Shown piece after piece: positions 62,008 to 64,000 of a stretch of DNA of 64,000 nucleotides. The stretch is from Octopus vulgaris. Its lineage: Eukaryota. The stretch spans positions 99,448,001-99,512,000 of the forward strand of contig OX597821.1 of the NCBI GenBank assembly GCA_951406725.2, read 5' to 3'. A program made the position numbers and the translations under genes. The notes below the pieces were generated by a model that did not search any database, was not told the DNA's origin, and saw nothing but the letters and a program-made list of their open reading frames with translations. Every line of letters begins with the position of its first letter. Position 1 is the stretch's first letter.

Positions 62008-64000
62008 CGCACGGGAAGAGTGGAAAAGTCTTTGACGTTTTGATACGCTCTCGGATAGAAAGGATTGAGAGGGAAAAAAAGGGAGAGAGAGAGAGCGAGT
62101 TCATATCAATTACCTTAAGCCAAATACAAAAAACTATATGTGTGTGTGTGTGTGCATATGTGCGCGTGCGTGTCCTATCACATTTCGAAACCAATCCCAT
62201 AATTGTCTCCCTTAGACCAATTTTGCTTCCGATACAGCGAAGCCCATTCACACACACACAGATCAAAGATGCAAACACACACATGCGCAATCATACACAC
62301 ACACAGACAGAGATTCAGACACACACACAGAGACAGATTTACACTCACACATACAAAGACAGAGATTCAGATACACACACACGCGCGCGTATGCACACAC
62401 ACACACGCAACGTTATTACACGATTAAATTATCGCATCTTCGTTGCAAGAGTTGTCTACTCTTAGACCAGTCAGAGACAATGATCGCACTTTCCTCCGAT
62501 ATTGACGATGTCTCCCACTTTTTTGAGTTCTTTTCCTTTGAGAATTGTCCCTCATTTTATGTTACTACACATTCTGAAATAAGTGTGATTCACATTTTTA
62601 AAAACGAAACAAAGTCTTTTTTTTTTTAAATCTACGTTTCCACCCTCTCACCCACCCCTATTCTTTCATCATACCGTTGGAATAGCCTTTACAATTAAAA
62701 TGAATTTCATTTTATTTTGCGGTATTTTTCGTCATTTTATAATACCACACAGGATCCTTTCACACATTCTAAAGCAATTCTAATTCACATTTTTTGAGAG
62801 TGTCTCACTTCGCTCCGTCACAGTCCCTTCGGAATAGCTGTCACAGTTAAAAGGAATTATTATTATTTTAAAGGCAGCGAGTTGGCAGAATCGTTAGCAC
62901 GTCGGGCGAAATGCTTAGCAGTTTTTCATCTGCCGCTACGTTCTGAGTTCAAATTCCGCCGAGGTCGACTTTGCCTTTCATCCTTTCGGGGTCGATTGAA
63001 TAAGTACCAGTTACGCACTGGGGTCGATATAATAGACTTAATCCGCTTGTCAGTCCTTGTTTGTCCCCTCTATGCCCTTGTGGGCATTTAAAAAAAAAAT
63101 TATTATTTTGTGGTATTTTCCGTCATTTTATAATACTACACCTTCTGAAACACATGTAGTTCACATTTTGAAATGTGAAAAAAGTCGTTTTCAAAAATCC
63201 ATATTATTTTTCAAATTACTTCAAGCCCACCATTTTATCAGACCTTTGCGAATAGCTATTATAATTAGAATGAATTACTTTATCTTATGCGGTGTTTATT
63301 ATTATTATTATTGAGTAAGAGAGCAGTGCATGCCTTCAAAGTGACATTGGGGCACAATTATACGAAGCCCAATATACCCATCATGACTACCCGTCTGATA
63401 AGGGCACACTAGGCACATGCATCACAATCATATGTGCGCGACATGGTGATCTCATATCAAGATAAATAGCACATGACCTTGCAGGTAGGGCTCAGTTAGA
63501 ATTTTCTTCTGGTCAAGTAACCCACCCCACTCAAAAGGTCCCTGAATAAGGATTGTTTAAGGATGTTGAACGAACCACCCATGTTTCCAAAGGTGAATTA
63601 TTCAAACTCCAAAGAATCCCTCTCAACACATGGCTATGATGCTCCCCCACTACTTCTGCTCATGATCAGAGATGCACATATCGTCTGCCACTAAGGGACA
63701 TGGTCAACTGATTAAGGTCAAACAACTGACAAGCAAATCTGTGGTATTGAGCAGAATATTTGCTGTAGCCCATCTTTTATACCAAGACAAAACAATGTAC
63801 ATGATAACACTTCCAATCAGATAAGATCAGAAGCCATGAGAGCCACTGCATCAGTGCATTTATTATTATTATTATTGTTTTTTTTTTTTTATAAAACTAC
63901 TCATTCTGAAACGCTTGTAATTCCCATTTTATATATTCGTTTAAGAAACAGATTGGGTTTATTTACATTTCTGAAGAAAAAAATATACCCTTCCCCCACC

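Overview
AT-rich, microsatellite- and transposon-dense metazoan DNA. The SINE/LINE complement suggests a coleoid cephalopod, probably Octopus (inference). Three spliced genes were assembled by hand from GT-AG boundaries and reading-frame phase. (1) The first coding exon of a ZNF367-like C2H2 zinc-finger gene (minus, 4569-4953; the rest lies left of the window). (2) A complete 7-exon SERBP1/HABP4-like RNA-binding gene (plus, 5434-9542, 441 aa), head-to-head with ZNF367 across about 480 bp. (3) A 17-exon SLC4A11/BTR1-like transporter (minus, 60779 to 10397, at least 764 aa) that ends tail-to-tail with SERBP1. The ORF track misses most SLC4A11 exons, and nearly all its other ORFs are microsatellite or repeat artefacts. 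Main findings: a tRNA-headed short element carrying a Penelope-type minimal hammerhead ribozyme (two inverted copies at 41163-41208 and 41691-41736, plus one core-deleted copy); an intact SLC4A11 with a remodelled transport site, including an Asn (AAT) one A-to-I edit away from the conserved acidic residue; a shared bidirectional polyadenylation module; an orphan intronic CpG island; and a MITE carrying telomeric repeats. Family names and residue numbers come from memory of the literature and were not checked by database search.
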